Shown one piece after another: positions 1 through 12,422 of a DNA stretch of 64,000 nt. The DNA lies in the NCBI GenBank assembly GCA_047495785.1, contig JBLDXI010000013.1, positions 1,612,001-1,676,000 of the forward strand, given 5' to 3'. Positions within the stretch are counted from its first letter, which is position 1. Every line of letters starts with the position of its first letter. Made by a program: the position numbers and the translations under genes. The notes below the pieces were generated by a model. It was given only the letters and a program-made list of their open reading frames with translations. It was not told the DNA's origin and ran no database searches. Source of the DNA: Lepidodermella squamata (lineage: Eukaryota; Animalia; Gastrotricha).

Positions 1-1170
1 CCTCTGTTACGAACATGAAATTAACATCGACCGATTTATATGAGATTTTGGATCATCTTACGAGATAACATTTTCCCAATTGATTTTGAGGCTAAAGACA
101 AAAAGATGCAAGGCTCTTTATAGTGAAATGAAATTCTTCCTAGCTTACTATGAGTCACGATCTGGTCGCTGATGCTCGTGGTTCCTTTGAAAAAAATTAG
201 ACTTTATGATTTCAAGACATAAAACTCTGATTGTTACAGAGCAAGGGCATGACCAATCTCGTGGGCTGGCGTTCCAGGCTAAAATTTATATACTGATTAG
301 ATGGTTCAAGCATTCTAATTAAAACTTGCTGTGTTGGTACATCCGGATCCCAATGATAGCTGTTGGCCATTTTGGAAGGCAATGCCTTGATAGGACCAAC
401 ATCTGATGTTTTGACAAAGATCTTTAGTGATCGATTAGTGACTTTGAAGTTAATAATACCCGTCGCCCTTGATGATTTTTAGGTGAGGAGAGGCGCCGAT
501 TGAAGATGCACTCGAGTATTCCGTAAAGGTGGCGCAAGTGTTGTCAGTCCACCATTTAATTCCATCCCGAATTATTCCCTTTTCGTTCTCGGCTTTATTT
601 CATGAAGAAACATTTCAGACCTAGAAATATTGCCTACATTTACTTACTATGGGTGCTTTCGAATACGTATTTGATTGGAAACGTCCATTTGCTGTAGTAT
701 GGATAGATTCCGTAATTTCTGAAAACGAGAGAAAATCCGAGTTTGCAATGACCAGCTGCCAGTATTAAATTTACGTTGGTCGCTCAACAGGGAGGCCATA
801 TCTTTGCTTGACTTCGGTTAGCCATGCCCTGGCTTGATCCGGGGTGTAACGAATATCGTCGTAGAAAAGACGAGTTCGAGCTTCGGATTCTTCGTCAAAA
901 TTAACTCGCTTTGAAAAATGACAAGCGAAATGATTATTCATTTGTCAAAACCGGGAATTTACCCTGTTGATTCGCGTCAAATTTCGGCGAAGTCTGATTA
1001 TTTCGTTGATTTGCTCGAGGATTGCCGTAACTTCTGGATCTCGTCCGTCATTTTTCGGAAAAGGCTGGAAAAATTGTCTTTATCACTGAATTATGTCCAT
1101 CAGGATAACATACCAGAGCGAAAGTCTGAACAACAAAAGCGGAAACCAAAATTACTGCGGATAAAATCAT
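1..1170 (-). CDS. Astacin-family (M12A) zinc metalloprotease, 5' part; continues beyond window start; many short exons
   Basis: Not in ORF track. Manual splicing from ATG 1170 gives signal peptide MILSAVILVSAFVVQTFA, pro-region LFYDDIRYTPDQA, then YSKWTFPIKYVF, IKWWTDNTCATF, GCWSYQG...QLSLGSGC, zinc motif HEIGHALALNHEHQRPDRDS and YLKINWENV. All are astacin hallmarks in the right order. Confidence 0.92.
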
Positions 1171-1508
1171 CACTGTTTGAACTTATTTCCCTGCCAGGGA
1201 ATTTCAGAGGAATGGTGTGTCAAAAATGCGACGGCCTGCTCTCGAGCCTTATCTCGCGTCTTTTTTATTGCCGCTTATTACGTACACTCAGGTTCATTAA
1301 AACGGCGATAAAGGTCGCAGGTTATAACTCGGAGGATAATCCTAAGTAGGACTATCTCGGGACATCGTAAGGGGCGGAATTAATTCTGCTATCTGCTATA
1401 TCTCGGGAAAATTAGCTTCAACATTTTATTTGACCCTTGCGAAAATCATCGCCCTACATGTCGATTGAAACTTCGACATTTTGAGAGGCTTAATGTATCT
1501 CGTAAACG

Positions 1509-3454
1509 GTGTGTAAAATGAATAAAAAAACCAAGAGCTTATTGATATTCATACTATTCATAATAACTTCAAAGAATCAACCCATGCTATCTGAGAAAGG
1601 GATTGAAAGAACGGTATCCATTCGTCAAAAAGCTCGCTCTTCTCGCAGTTCTCAAGTTGACTGCACTCAAGGAAATATTTCAGAAACTAATATGACCAAG
1701 CAAGACTTATTTAGCAGCATCGCCAGGCGATTTCCCCACATCCTTCAGCAAATTCTTCTCCTGATCGAGCCGGAGCAAGTTTTCCTCCGGTGCACCTGCG
1801 TTTGCAAGGCTTGGAACTCCGCAATTCGAAGCAGTGGTTTATTTGATTCTCTTTTAGAGAAACAAGCAGGCTTGAGAACTCTTCAGCGAATTTCTACCTC
1901 TCCCCTTTATCCTGACATTCGCTCGGCAATACTCAATGATCCGATATTTCGAAAAGAATTCATAATTAACGCCACTGATAATTTGGTCGATTTGGACCCT
2001 GTAATTCAGGGCGAGTTTTATGTATCAGTACCTCATTTTGTCTCAGAAATCTCTCGAAATCGACACCTGATAACCGATCGTCCATTTAGCGCCGTGAAAT
2101 CAACATCGAACGACCATAACTATTTCTGGCTCATAGACCTACAGCGACATGCGGAATTTCTGAAAATCTTAAAAATGACTCTTAGAATCTCAGCAGATGA
2201 CGTGAAAGAAATCCACGGGCAAAGCTGTGGCCAGCCAGTCATTGTATTGGACGACGATTTTCAGCCCGTTTACGAAACACGGCATCCTCATTGCTTAACA
2301 CATCAGTGGAACGAAGAAGCGAGGCCGTGGACATTTCTTGCAAACGTTTCCGACAATGCACGCTATGTTGCATTGTTGGGCACTCAACAACTTGAAATCC
2401 GAATAATATTCAATACAATTTATGACCGGTGTAAAAACGTGAGAAACAGAGAACCAGCAAACCTATTTGGAATTAAAGCTTTTTGTTGCTTCTAGTTTGC
2501 GACCCTACTAACAGCTTGTCGACTTGGGGATTATGAAATGGCGAAACAGGTCCTGGAAAAAGGAATCAATTCTAAAGACCTAGCCAACACTTCATGCCAT
2601 CATACTAGACAAATGCCTATTCTCGAGGCGATTTTATGGGGCGATCGGAAAATCGACGTGATAAATTTATTGCTGGAGCATGGCGCCAAAATACCACCGT
2701 CGAATATGAAAATCGATCGAGGCGAACTCTTGTCTAGCATGATCATCCAAGCTGCAGTACATGGCAGGTCCATGGGAACAATCCGGATTTTAATCGAGCA
2801 AGACGCTCTACAGGATCAGCTTATTTCACGCGATAAATCTATTCTATCAAAAGCTCTTGCCCAAATTTCTTTCATTATTAGCTCTAGTAGTCAAGATATT
2901 GCTGATTTTCTCATAGGTAAAAAATTTGGCAATTTTAGATTGGATTTAATTTGCTTGATTTAGAACACGGTGCTGATATCAACTTCGTTTCCAAATTTTT
3001 TCAAGACGAAGATGACACTGCGACCATATTAATGAATGCATTTTTCTGGCCCAGCCCTAGGACTGAAACTTTCCGTTTCCTAATCGAACGCGGGATAGAC
3101 GTGAATTTCGTGTCACCCAAGCTCGGAAAATGCGCACTGACATTGGCAATCGATTGCAACTACCTCAACATAGCTCACATGCTCATCAGCATCGGCCGGG
3201 CCGATGTTAACACCAGAACTGGACCGCGGCGAGATTCGACGCCGTTGATAGAGGCTACATTAGCTCGGCGGCCGAAAATGGTCCAGCTGCTGCTGAGTCA
3301 TGGTGCCGATATTTCTTTGACAGATAGAAACGGCCTATCTGCGAAACAGCATGCTAAACTGATCGGAAATCAGGCGTTGATTCAAGCCTTTCGGACGGAC
3401 GATATGCCTTGCTGCTGTAGTACTAACAGGCTAAGTGGACAGCTACATATATGA
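1509..3454 (+). CDS. F-box (N-terminal) + ankyrin-repeat protein, 3 exons (introns 2439-2495, 2917-2963); true ATG uncertain
   Basis: F-box-like segment FPHILQQILLLIEPEQVFLRCTCVCKAWNSAI. Ankyrin repeats LLTACRLGDYEMAKQVLEKG, LLLEHGA, TPLIEATLARRPKMVQLLLSHGADISLTDRNG. GT-AG introns join the three ORFs in frame. Confidence 0.8.
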
Positions 3455-3525
3455 AATATTAAATAAATTCGAGTTTTATTATCATTAAATGTGGTTTTAT
3501 AGGTATAATGAAAGTTCCATCCCAA

Positions 3526-5857
3526 TTACGATGCGTTCCTATCGTTCCTAGAAAAGACGTATACTCAGATAAATGTTCGATTTCTTTATAGATGAACTAG
3601 CAACTTACCCGTAAACATCTTCGTCATAGGGCCCTGGCGCTGGTTCTGTCCGATCATCTTCCAGCGGGGGCATTTCTGGTATTTCTGGAGGGTTTTTCTG
3701 AGCCGTCAAACCATCGGTCCGACCCTTTAACTCTTTCATCAATGTAGCAACACTGGCTCGATCAGGCTTTTGCATTGTCGGAGGGCCTTTCATATTGCCG
3801 GTTTTTGAACCTTCATCTATGTCCCTGTAGGAAAACCAATTAAATTTACGATAATTTTCATAAATGTCTTAGCAACTTACCCGTAAACATCTTCGTCATA
3901 GGGCCCTGGCGCTGGTTCTGTCCGATCATCTTCCAGCGGGGGCATTTCTGGTATTTCTGGAGGGTTTTTCTGAGCCGTCGAACCATCGGTCCGACCCTTT
4001 AACTCTTTCATCAATGTAGCAACACTCGCTCGGTCGGGCTTTTGCATTGTCGGCGGACCTTTCATGGTGCCAGTTTTTGAACCTTCACCCGCCAGCTTTA
4101 CAGGTTTTTCGATGTAAACATTTGGCAATTTCCGTTCTGATTGCGCCATCGAAGCCTCGCTCGCCGCTGGCGGATCGATATTAGCATAGCTTGATGCGCC
4201 TGAAGCCTGATTAACATTACTGGTGATTTCCGACCTCGATGATAATCCATCGTCATAGACTTTGATTGTGGCTGAAGGTGAAAGGTAGCTATCGCTTGGA
4301 TGAGTACCCAATTCATTTACATCCAAGTAAATTTCATCTGGGGGTAGAGCACCATTCGCTATCTCTGACGTTTCAACTTGAGACCCATCGACTACTGGGC
4401 TGAGATTCTTCTTATCGCGGATCAAGTGGTAAATAAATACGAAAGCGAATGGTAGTAGAACGATCGCAATGCCAATTGCGACGGCAACAATTAATCCCAC
4501 ATCAACATTATTTTCAAACTCTCCAGCTAGTTGTACTATTAAGGAATGTCAACATACAAAACCATGCATAAATCCAAAAATATCGGGAAAAGCCGTTTAC
4601 CTAAATTGTCGAAATGATCCAACTGCCATTCTCTCCTTTCTGTCCATACGTTGTTTTCAGCTGTGCACAATGCGTATCCTGAACGACTTCTGACAAGTTT
4701 TGTAAGCACCTTGCATAAATCCTGGTCGCCTTCGATGACGACTTGTCCCGACCAGTCATCCGTCCAAGCAATTGTTTCGTCCGCAATAATAAAATTGCGG
4801 TCATCGAAAATTTGCAGCATCAGCCGCAAGTTTTCACTAGGACAAGCCGCGTCCATGCTACACGTAATAGTGCACGAGTCGGTAGTTCCAGCAACTTGAA
4901 ATTAGTTAAGGTATTAATATTTAAGCGAAATTTTCAAAATTGAAACTCATACATGCCATTGTCATTTCTCGAAACTTGTGCGAGAGATCCACAATTATTT
5001 CAGCTTCAGCTGATAGTTGGAGGCCTGGGAGTTCAATACTCGCGGTAATGTTTGCTTGGCAACCATAGCTCGAGGAATTGCGCATTATTGGATAATAACT
5101 GTAAGTCCCACCATTAGGATTATAAGGTTCGTATATGTCTGGCGAGAAGTCCACGCTTGAGAACTCCAAAGTATGTGTTGAGTCTGCAATTTTGCATGTC
5201 CCAGGCAACCCATTCCCATCGTCTCCATGGCCAACTTGAACACGTAACTGTAGGTCTTGATAGCTATCGGAAAACTCAGCAAGATATTTTTGCGTCAGCT
5301 TTCCTTTGATTATTCGTTCCCATTGCAGTGTTCCACCTTTCAGCTCAATTTTAAAAAATTTTGGGAGTACTTTATGACAAAGTTGGAATGAAATATTGGA
5401 ATGAAGTATTGAAGCATAACATACCAGGTATTGCCACTTTAATAGGAGACGGGAAATATATTGTCGTTGGCCGGCAGTAAGCGTAATATTTTGCTGAATT
5501 CGAGTGGTCAACGCTTAGAATTTCGATCTCGGAGTTGCTTTTCCTCCGCACTCGTTGATAGAAATGAGGCGGGGAGGTCCTGAAGGTTCAATTCTAAAAG
5601 TTTTCTCAAGCCCTGAACCTGAAATCTTACCAATAAATGCGACTGAAATCATCGCCGTTTTTGTCTGTTGAGAAAAATGTAAGATCGCTGGTGACACAAT
5701 CGTGATCAATGAAGCGGAACAATATGAAGTCAAGGGTTGAGCCAAAATATTCTAAATACTTTGGCTCTGAAAGCTCATAAGTTATTCGCTGGGCAATGCT
5801 GAAGTCAAGCTTCAACGTAGCGAAAACCATAAGGAACAAGCTTACGAGGTACCTCAT
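3526..5857 (-). CDS. Type-I membrane Ig-like receptor, paralog A (7 exons; cytoplasmic exon tandemly duplicated)
   Basis: Signal peptide MRYLVSLFLMVFATLKLDFSIA; family motifs LFRFIDHDC, SAKYYAYC, VQVGHG, PNGGTYSY, CTITCSMDAACP, ALCTAENN; TM VGLIVAVAIGIAIVLLPFAFVFIY; spliced C-terminus ...DVYGNDRNAS* (stop 3526). Confidence 0.82.
3598..4087 (-). repeat. Direct tandem duplication (~218 bp, offset 272 bp) of a cytoplasmic-tail exon segment plus its splice donor
   Basis: 3598-3815 and 3870-4087 are near-identical and both end in the donor GG|gtaagttgcta. Confidence 0.95.
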
Positions 5858-6075
5858 CTTACGGAATATGAATAACAAAATAATGACACCGGCAGCAAAT
5901 TTTGGCGAGAGGCGTGGCGATTGAAGATACCAGTTCAGCGATAAAAAAATTCTTAGAACTGTGAGATAACACATTCAATGAATTGAGCATTTTCCTGGAA
6001 ATCTTTTATTCTTATTTCATTTTCTGATAAAAATAGGGAAAACATGGACAGAAAAAATCTAAAATCGTGAAATAA

Positions 6076-7924
6076 TCAGAAATAGGCTGCCTTAATTTCG
6101 GGATCATTCTCCCTGGTAGAAGAATTAGCTCGCGATAGAGGTTTTGGACTTTCGATAGAAACTTCGAATACTTGATCATTGACAGGCTTCGTATGAACTT
6201 CAGGCCCCTCTGGCTGTGGCTCTGGTCGGCGATTTACCTTTGTATAAACAACAGCTTCCTCGCCTATCGTTGGCGCCGTAGGGGCTATCAACGGTTGATC
6301 CGGCACCCTAGCGTAAAGTTCGTTCATTCGAATTTCTGTACCATCACTATGGCTTTCTTCGTCAATTGTCGACGGAATCTTTGATCTGCGATCATCGCGC
6401 GGCTGATAATCCGCATCTGGGAAACTTGACGAGGAAGTATCATCAGCATCATCAGCTTGGCCACCATTCTCAGCAGATTCGCTGTCTTGCTTTTTTTCAG
6501 GCAATTTTTGATCTTTCAAAATAGTCATCCGAACGATTATCATTATGACTACAGCGATCAATAATAGCCCTCCGATGACTATCAGAAGAATGACCCACCA
6601 TTCCAACGGCTCGCCTGCTTTCGTCTCAGGATCTGTGGCAGCTGTAGTCGTATCGTCAACCGCTGTCGTATCAGACTCGGAAGAGGTTGTAGTTTCAATT
6701 GTAACTAAAAATCCTAGATTAATAAACTTTAATTTGGCTCGAAATCATTACCTTCTAAAATGTTGACCTCCGAGAATTTTTGAGTCACTTTTGTGCCTCC
6801 AGCATCGTTATCAAGAGAGCAAGTGATGGTTGATAACTGATCGGCTTGTAGTGTAGAGAAATAGTCACAGCGTTGCTTATCAAATTGTTTCTCTGATTCG
6901 TCAGATTTAGCCCACTGAAACGAGTAGGTCCATGAGGTTTTCGCGTCATTAATTTCCATTTTTCTTGATGAAACCGCAGGGCAGCTGGATATGGCTAGAC
7001 AATTAATTGAGCAAGCACCGGTGCTGAATTTAGTGAATAACGCCGAAACTTGTTGAGGTGGATAGACAACTTCCAAATTTACAGTCACATTGTCAGTCGT
7101 ATCAGCCGTTGAGCTTGGCATGAAAGCTGCCGACCAAAATTGAATGTCGCATGTATTCGGATAGTTGGCAATGATGTCCGATAACGACAGACGGAAATCG
7201 TATGAGGTACCATCTGGGAAATTTGCGAATTTGAACGAGGTCGTAGAAGGGTCTCTGGCACTAATTTTACTAATCGTCTCATCGTCGTACGTAAAATGCG
7301 CAGTCTCGCCCTCAAGAAAATATCCATCGCCAACGTGAAATTTTAGGAGCCGAAGTGAATTGACGCTTTGAAAAACAACGCGAAGCTTCAAATTCGATTC
7401 ACTTGCAATATCTTTAGGGTCAAAACTGGTATCATTTTTCGAGGCTGTGTCGGTAATTTCAGCTTTTAAAATTTTCGGCAGTACTTTAATGAGGATTGAC
7501 ACTTCGTTGTCGTAGTTTGTAACCGATTTGCAAATCGCCTGATAAGTTCCAGATTCGGAAAAATTCGCATTCGGAATGAAATATTCGTTCGTATCCGAAT
7601 CAAATTGAAGAACACCATCACTTACATACCTAATAACATTTTCAATATATTCAAAAATTTCAGTCCCACTTATTGTTAAGCTCACCAGTCTTTAAATAAA
7701 ACATTTGAGTAGTCGGGTAGAGGTTTCTGAGTCAGGGCCATTGCCTCGGGTATGGTGCAGTTTGGATCAAATGTGAACCTCAACTCAGTTTCCGAGGCAC
7801 TCGAGTCGTCATTTCGCCGATATTCTATTGTATCATCCGGCCAGAGTTTGGCTGAGAATGTTTTTCCTTGAGCGAATTCGACAAAAGAGCCGAGAAATAT
7901 TGAAAAATACAAAAATTTTGCCAT
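6076..7924 (-). CDS. Type-I membrane Ig-like receptor, paralog B (3 exons)
   Basis: Signal peptide; LRFTFDPNC, NFSESGTYQAIC, LKFHVGDG, FPDGTSYDF, CSINCLAISSCP, ITCSLDNDAG; S/T-rich stalk; TM WWVILLIVIGGLLLIAVVIMIIV; tail with LYARV and VVYTKV. Confidence 0.88.
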
Positions 7925-8161
7925 CTTCGCCCTAGATATCAGTGTAGTGCGTGTTGCTATAAATTATTTACGCCTTCCTAATAGTCCTATGTCATGAGCT
8001 TCGTGTTCCTTATCTCGATTTAAACTTGCTTTTAGGTACGTTGCGATATTAACGTGAGCATTGACCAAATAATTAATCATATTACGAGAAAAGCTCCGCC
8101 CTTTTTTTCTGAATCAACCAAAAAATAATCATTTTATTTTTCGAAAAAATCACAAAAAACA

Positions 8162-9721
8162 TTAAACAAGAACTTCTGTCCATTTTGTTGATCTTCTGGC
8201 TGCATAATATTGGTTCGTCTCGCCGCCATTAGGACTAGTAGTTTGCTGTAAGTTCGGTTCGGCGATCATGAACGGCTGAAACTGACTAAAGCGCTGCGTA
8301 GAAGCATCGAAAGAGGGCTGAAAAACTTCTGGTTCAGGGGCTTCGTTCTTGCTACTGTCTTCTCCCTTACTATTGCCCCTGTGAGTAAGGATGTAAATCG
8401 ATGTACCAATCGTTGCGATGAAGAAGACACCAGCTACGACAATAGTAGCTATTTGCCATTCTGGAAAACCGCTATCAGTCTCAGTTTTACTGGTTTTAGG
8501 CTTGTATTCACCCACAATTTCCAACTCATCAGCCGTCAGTTTCACGGTACTTTTCCCGACTGAGTTACTCATTTCACATTGAAAAGTTGAAACTCGTGTC
8601 GCTCCAGGTTTCGGCTTTATGTTCATCTGTAAGCACATGTTTTCAGACAAGAGACGGTCTTGTCCAGAAAATAAGACGATAGTATCCCTACGAGCGTCAT
8701 AGATGCGATAAGTCGCGTTATTGAAATCATTTTCTGCGTAAGGACAACTTGAGGCGGCTAAACAGCTGATTGAGCAAGTGCTGTTTTCAAAGTTCACGAC
8801 CCGTATCGTAAGAGATTGAGGCCGATATTTAGTTACCAGGTTGACTGTAACGCTATCTTTTGTGTTGAGCTGGTCGCTCGGTATCCAAGTCTCTCCCCGA
8901 AGATCGAACTCACACTTGTTCGGATTCGACTTGACCAGCTCCGATAGCGAAAAATGAAATGAGTAAAAGGTGCCATCTGGAAAATTCGCAATATTGAGTC
9001 GTGAGGAAGTTTTGGGAGTTGGAGTTGAGCCGGAGTTTGTGAGTTGGAAAACCCCGATTTCGCCCTCCTTGTTGTAGTAGCCCAGTCCAACATAAAAATT
9101 GAGCGCAATAGTGGTTGTTTTGGCTTGTTCGAAATTTGCCGTCAACTCGTATTTCGACTGTGTTGTTCCAGGTAGGATAAACGAATTGGGTAGCACTTTC
9201 AACGTAGGATCCAGGTTCACTTGTAAAATCTGAGGTCTGACTATAACCAATAATTAAAATAGGTAAAAAATGGTTGCAAATGGTTAATATTATTGCAACC
9301 TTGAATGAGGATTTCTTGAGGTTGATAAGCATCTAAGAGACACAGAGCGGTGTAATTGCCAGATTCAGAGAAGTTTGCTTGATTTATGTAATACTGCTGA
9401 CTCGGAGAATCGTAATATAAATTGCCGCGACTAACTGACCTGAGACAAAACTTTCGAATCATAATAAAAATCATAAAAATCCTACCTTTCCACAACTTCC
9501 TTTGAAGTAAATGAAGATTGGCGAATTAACAAGTTGTTCGAGTCCGGGCAAGTCGGAGTGAATAAAAATCGCAGTTGTGGATACTGCTCGGTTTTCGGGA
9601 TATACCATATCGATTTCGCTTCAACGCCTTGATCCCACAATTTGACAGAAAACGTTGACTGGGCATCGATGAATTCAAAGCAAGCCGATATTAAAATGGT
9701 AGATACGAGATTTAATTTCAT
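8162..9721 (-). CDS. Type-I membrane Ig-like receptor, paralog C (3 exons)
   Basis: Signal peptide; LRFLFTPTC, NFSESGNYTALC, LNFYVGLG, FPDGTFYSF, CSISCLAASSCP, FQCEMSNSVG; TM WQIATIVVAGVFFIATIGTSIYIL; C-terminus TEVLV*. Confidence 0.88.
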
Positions 9722-9978
9722 TTACCGAAATGTTTAATAAATAATAATTATCTGCTACTTTGTGTTATGTATTTTCGATATACATCGCCTACTTGAATAC
9801 GCTGGTTCGCGATAGCATTACGCGATAAGCATGTCGACTTTTTCTTATCAATATCACGCCCTTATAGTATAAATCACTGTGTTACTAGGAATCGCCCACA
9901 ATTATACACGAAAATTGAACAACTGTTTTATTCGAAACATAAGTATTGTGTTAGCTTAGCATCGATATGGCAATGAAA

Positions 9979-11996
9979 TCAAACTCTAGCCTCGATAAAT
10001 GAAGTAGGTGATGGTGGGACGAAGCCCCCGTTGTTGTAGCTGGGTGGCCGGAATGAAGGTTCGACCGAGGCCGAGCGCGGTGTAACCGGTATAGCCCTTA
10101 ATAACGGCACGGGGTCTGTCGGCAATGGGGGTGGCGCCGATGACCGTTTTTCCAACAGAGAATCGTGATGCTTTCTCACGTTGTAGACATGTCCATCATC
10201 TGCAGAAATCTCCTTATTGAAGCTACTATTCCAGGTATTGTCCTTACTATTAGCCGGTTTGATGGGAATGAATAAATTGTTAGGCTGAGCATAAGAATGA
10301 TGGTCGTTATGTAGTGAAAAATTGGTCGCAGTAGCTACAGTCCTTGGACTGCCATCTTCCGACATGTTATCTGGCTTGGGTCGACGGAAAAAAATGTACC
10401 AAATCAGGATACCGACGAGAAGCAAGAAAAGTATGATTCCGAAAGCAAGTATGCCGCCAGTTTTCCAGTCTAACTTTTGCTCGCTAGTTAGTCCACCAGA
10501 GATGCTCACCTTAGCGTCATTATCATTTTGATTCGTGGAATCTTTCACCGCCCGCCATGACTTATGGTTCCAAACACACGCCAATTTTCTCTCGTCTTTC
10601 GCCAGGTCGTTAAGCAATGGGCACATGGTTGAATCGAAATTTTTATAAGCTTGCCGAACTTCCTCTCGCTGGTCCATTTCCAACGTGATCGACTGATATT
10701 GGAATTCGGAACGGCGCATGATTAGAGTGGCCGATTCGGGTCGTTCAGGGCAACTTATTGAGTACCCGCATTTGAAAGAGCAAGATCCATCTGGTTTGTT
10801 GATTATTAATCTCGAAACGTGTTGAGGCCTGTAATTCAATTTCAAGGCGAACTTATTCTCCAGTAATGTTCCCTTTCGATCAATGGGATGATACATCATG
10901 GTTTTGAACTCAATTGAGCAGTTCAAAGGCAGCTTTTGAACAATTGTATCCAGTGAGATGGCGTACGAATATGTCGTGCCATTCACCATGTTTCTCATCT
11001 TGAATGTTTCGATTTTGGTCGGTTTATACTTCGGCTCCCCGTCCATCACTGGTTTTACCGACTCCGCCATAAGTTTAGACAAAACATTCTGATCCACCTC
11101 AAATTTTGCACCTTCGCCAGCTGCGTTGTAGAATCCATTTCCGACATGGAATCTTAACAGCTGAACTCTGGAGTTTAATTGGTCAAAATTCAGATAAATA
11201 TTTGAAACCGTCGAATGACTCATTGGCTTCATCAGATTAAGGCTAAGGGCAAGAGAGCTTCGTAAATTGTCGAAATTAACGAAGCGTTTCTTGAAAGCTT
11301 CAATAATATTCTCCAGCTTTTCTGTTGAATTTGCCGTCAATAAAGACTGGGTCAGGTGACGAACGTCGAAAGTTTCGGTATCCTCGACAAGATCTCGTGG
11401 GCTCAGCCTCGGAAACCTCTTAACGGGTTCGGAAGCTACGTCGACCATTAAGATTGCGGGGTTAACTATTGGCACAGAAATTCGGTGTTTTCGAAGGTTT
11501 AATTGAAAAAAAGTCATGCCTTTGATGTAAACAGGATACGGTTTTCCTTCGCGGTAAGCTGGCATAGCCGGTGTTCTTATGCACTGAGCTGTGTAGTTAC
11601 CGGCGTGGGCGAAACTGGCTATCAAAAAAACGAATTGCCCTGTTCCTTCTTCGAACTTTAACTCGTCATCTTTCATCGACCTGAAAGGTTCAGAAAAATG
11701 AATTTGACATAAATAAAGTAAATAAAGTACCATTCCTTTGACTTTCCACCGATGAATGGAGTTTGAATTAGACGAAGCTGGTGAGGATCGCATTGGGGCT
11801 TGAACGTAAAGCGAAGTTGATTTGGCGCAGAGTCACCATAGCTGATGGAATTTGTGGTGAAGTTTGCCTCAAAATAAGGCTCTTTGTTAGCGCAAGACGG
11901 ATCTTCAGAATTAGCATCATGGGCGAATAAGTTAGCCGTGACCAGCAGAAACGTGACCAGCAATATTGGCGAGTTGGTCCTCATCACAGGCTGCAT
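9979..11996 (-). CDS. Type-I membrane Ig-like receptor, paralog D (2-3 exons; insertion in domain 2)
   Basis: Signal peptide; LRFTFKPQC, SFAHAGNYTAQC, LRFHVGNG, VNGTTYSY, CSFKCGYSISCP, LACVWN; TM GILAFGIILFLLLVGILIWYIFF; tail with PPPLP, PPSY and terminal IEARV*. Confidence 0.86.
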
Positions 11997-12422
11997 AGCA
12001 TTTACATTACTTATTCTTTAAGCCCAGCCTTGTCGTTGGAATATGATAAAGCCAGGTGTTCAAATTCTTTCAATTTGAGCATCTGCTGCAGTTTTATGGC
12101 TCAATAAATCTCGTCGGAAATGTAAGCGCTCCCAGACATGATTAGAGCCTTATAAGCGAGTTGGAATTGGAATTCCATTTCAATGAAATCTAGCATAAAA
12201 AATATGCGTAAAAAAGACTTCAAAACGTCTGAGTTTTATTTCACCTGGCATATGATCGAATGATGCACAACGTAAAATTATAGCACTAAATTATTGCCGT
12301 CAAAGAATAAAATTGAAAAAACGCTGCTCACGAAAAATGACGTCGTAATAAATTCATAATAATAATATTTACAAATTTCGAACAAAAACATCAGCAGGTA
12401 GAAGAATTTTTCATGAGTTTTA

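Noticed and set aside
918-1349. 143-aa plus-strand ORF
   Set aside because: Antisense to the first astacin exons; no recognisable motif.
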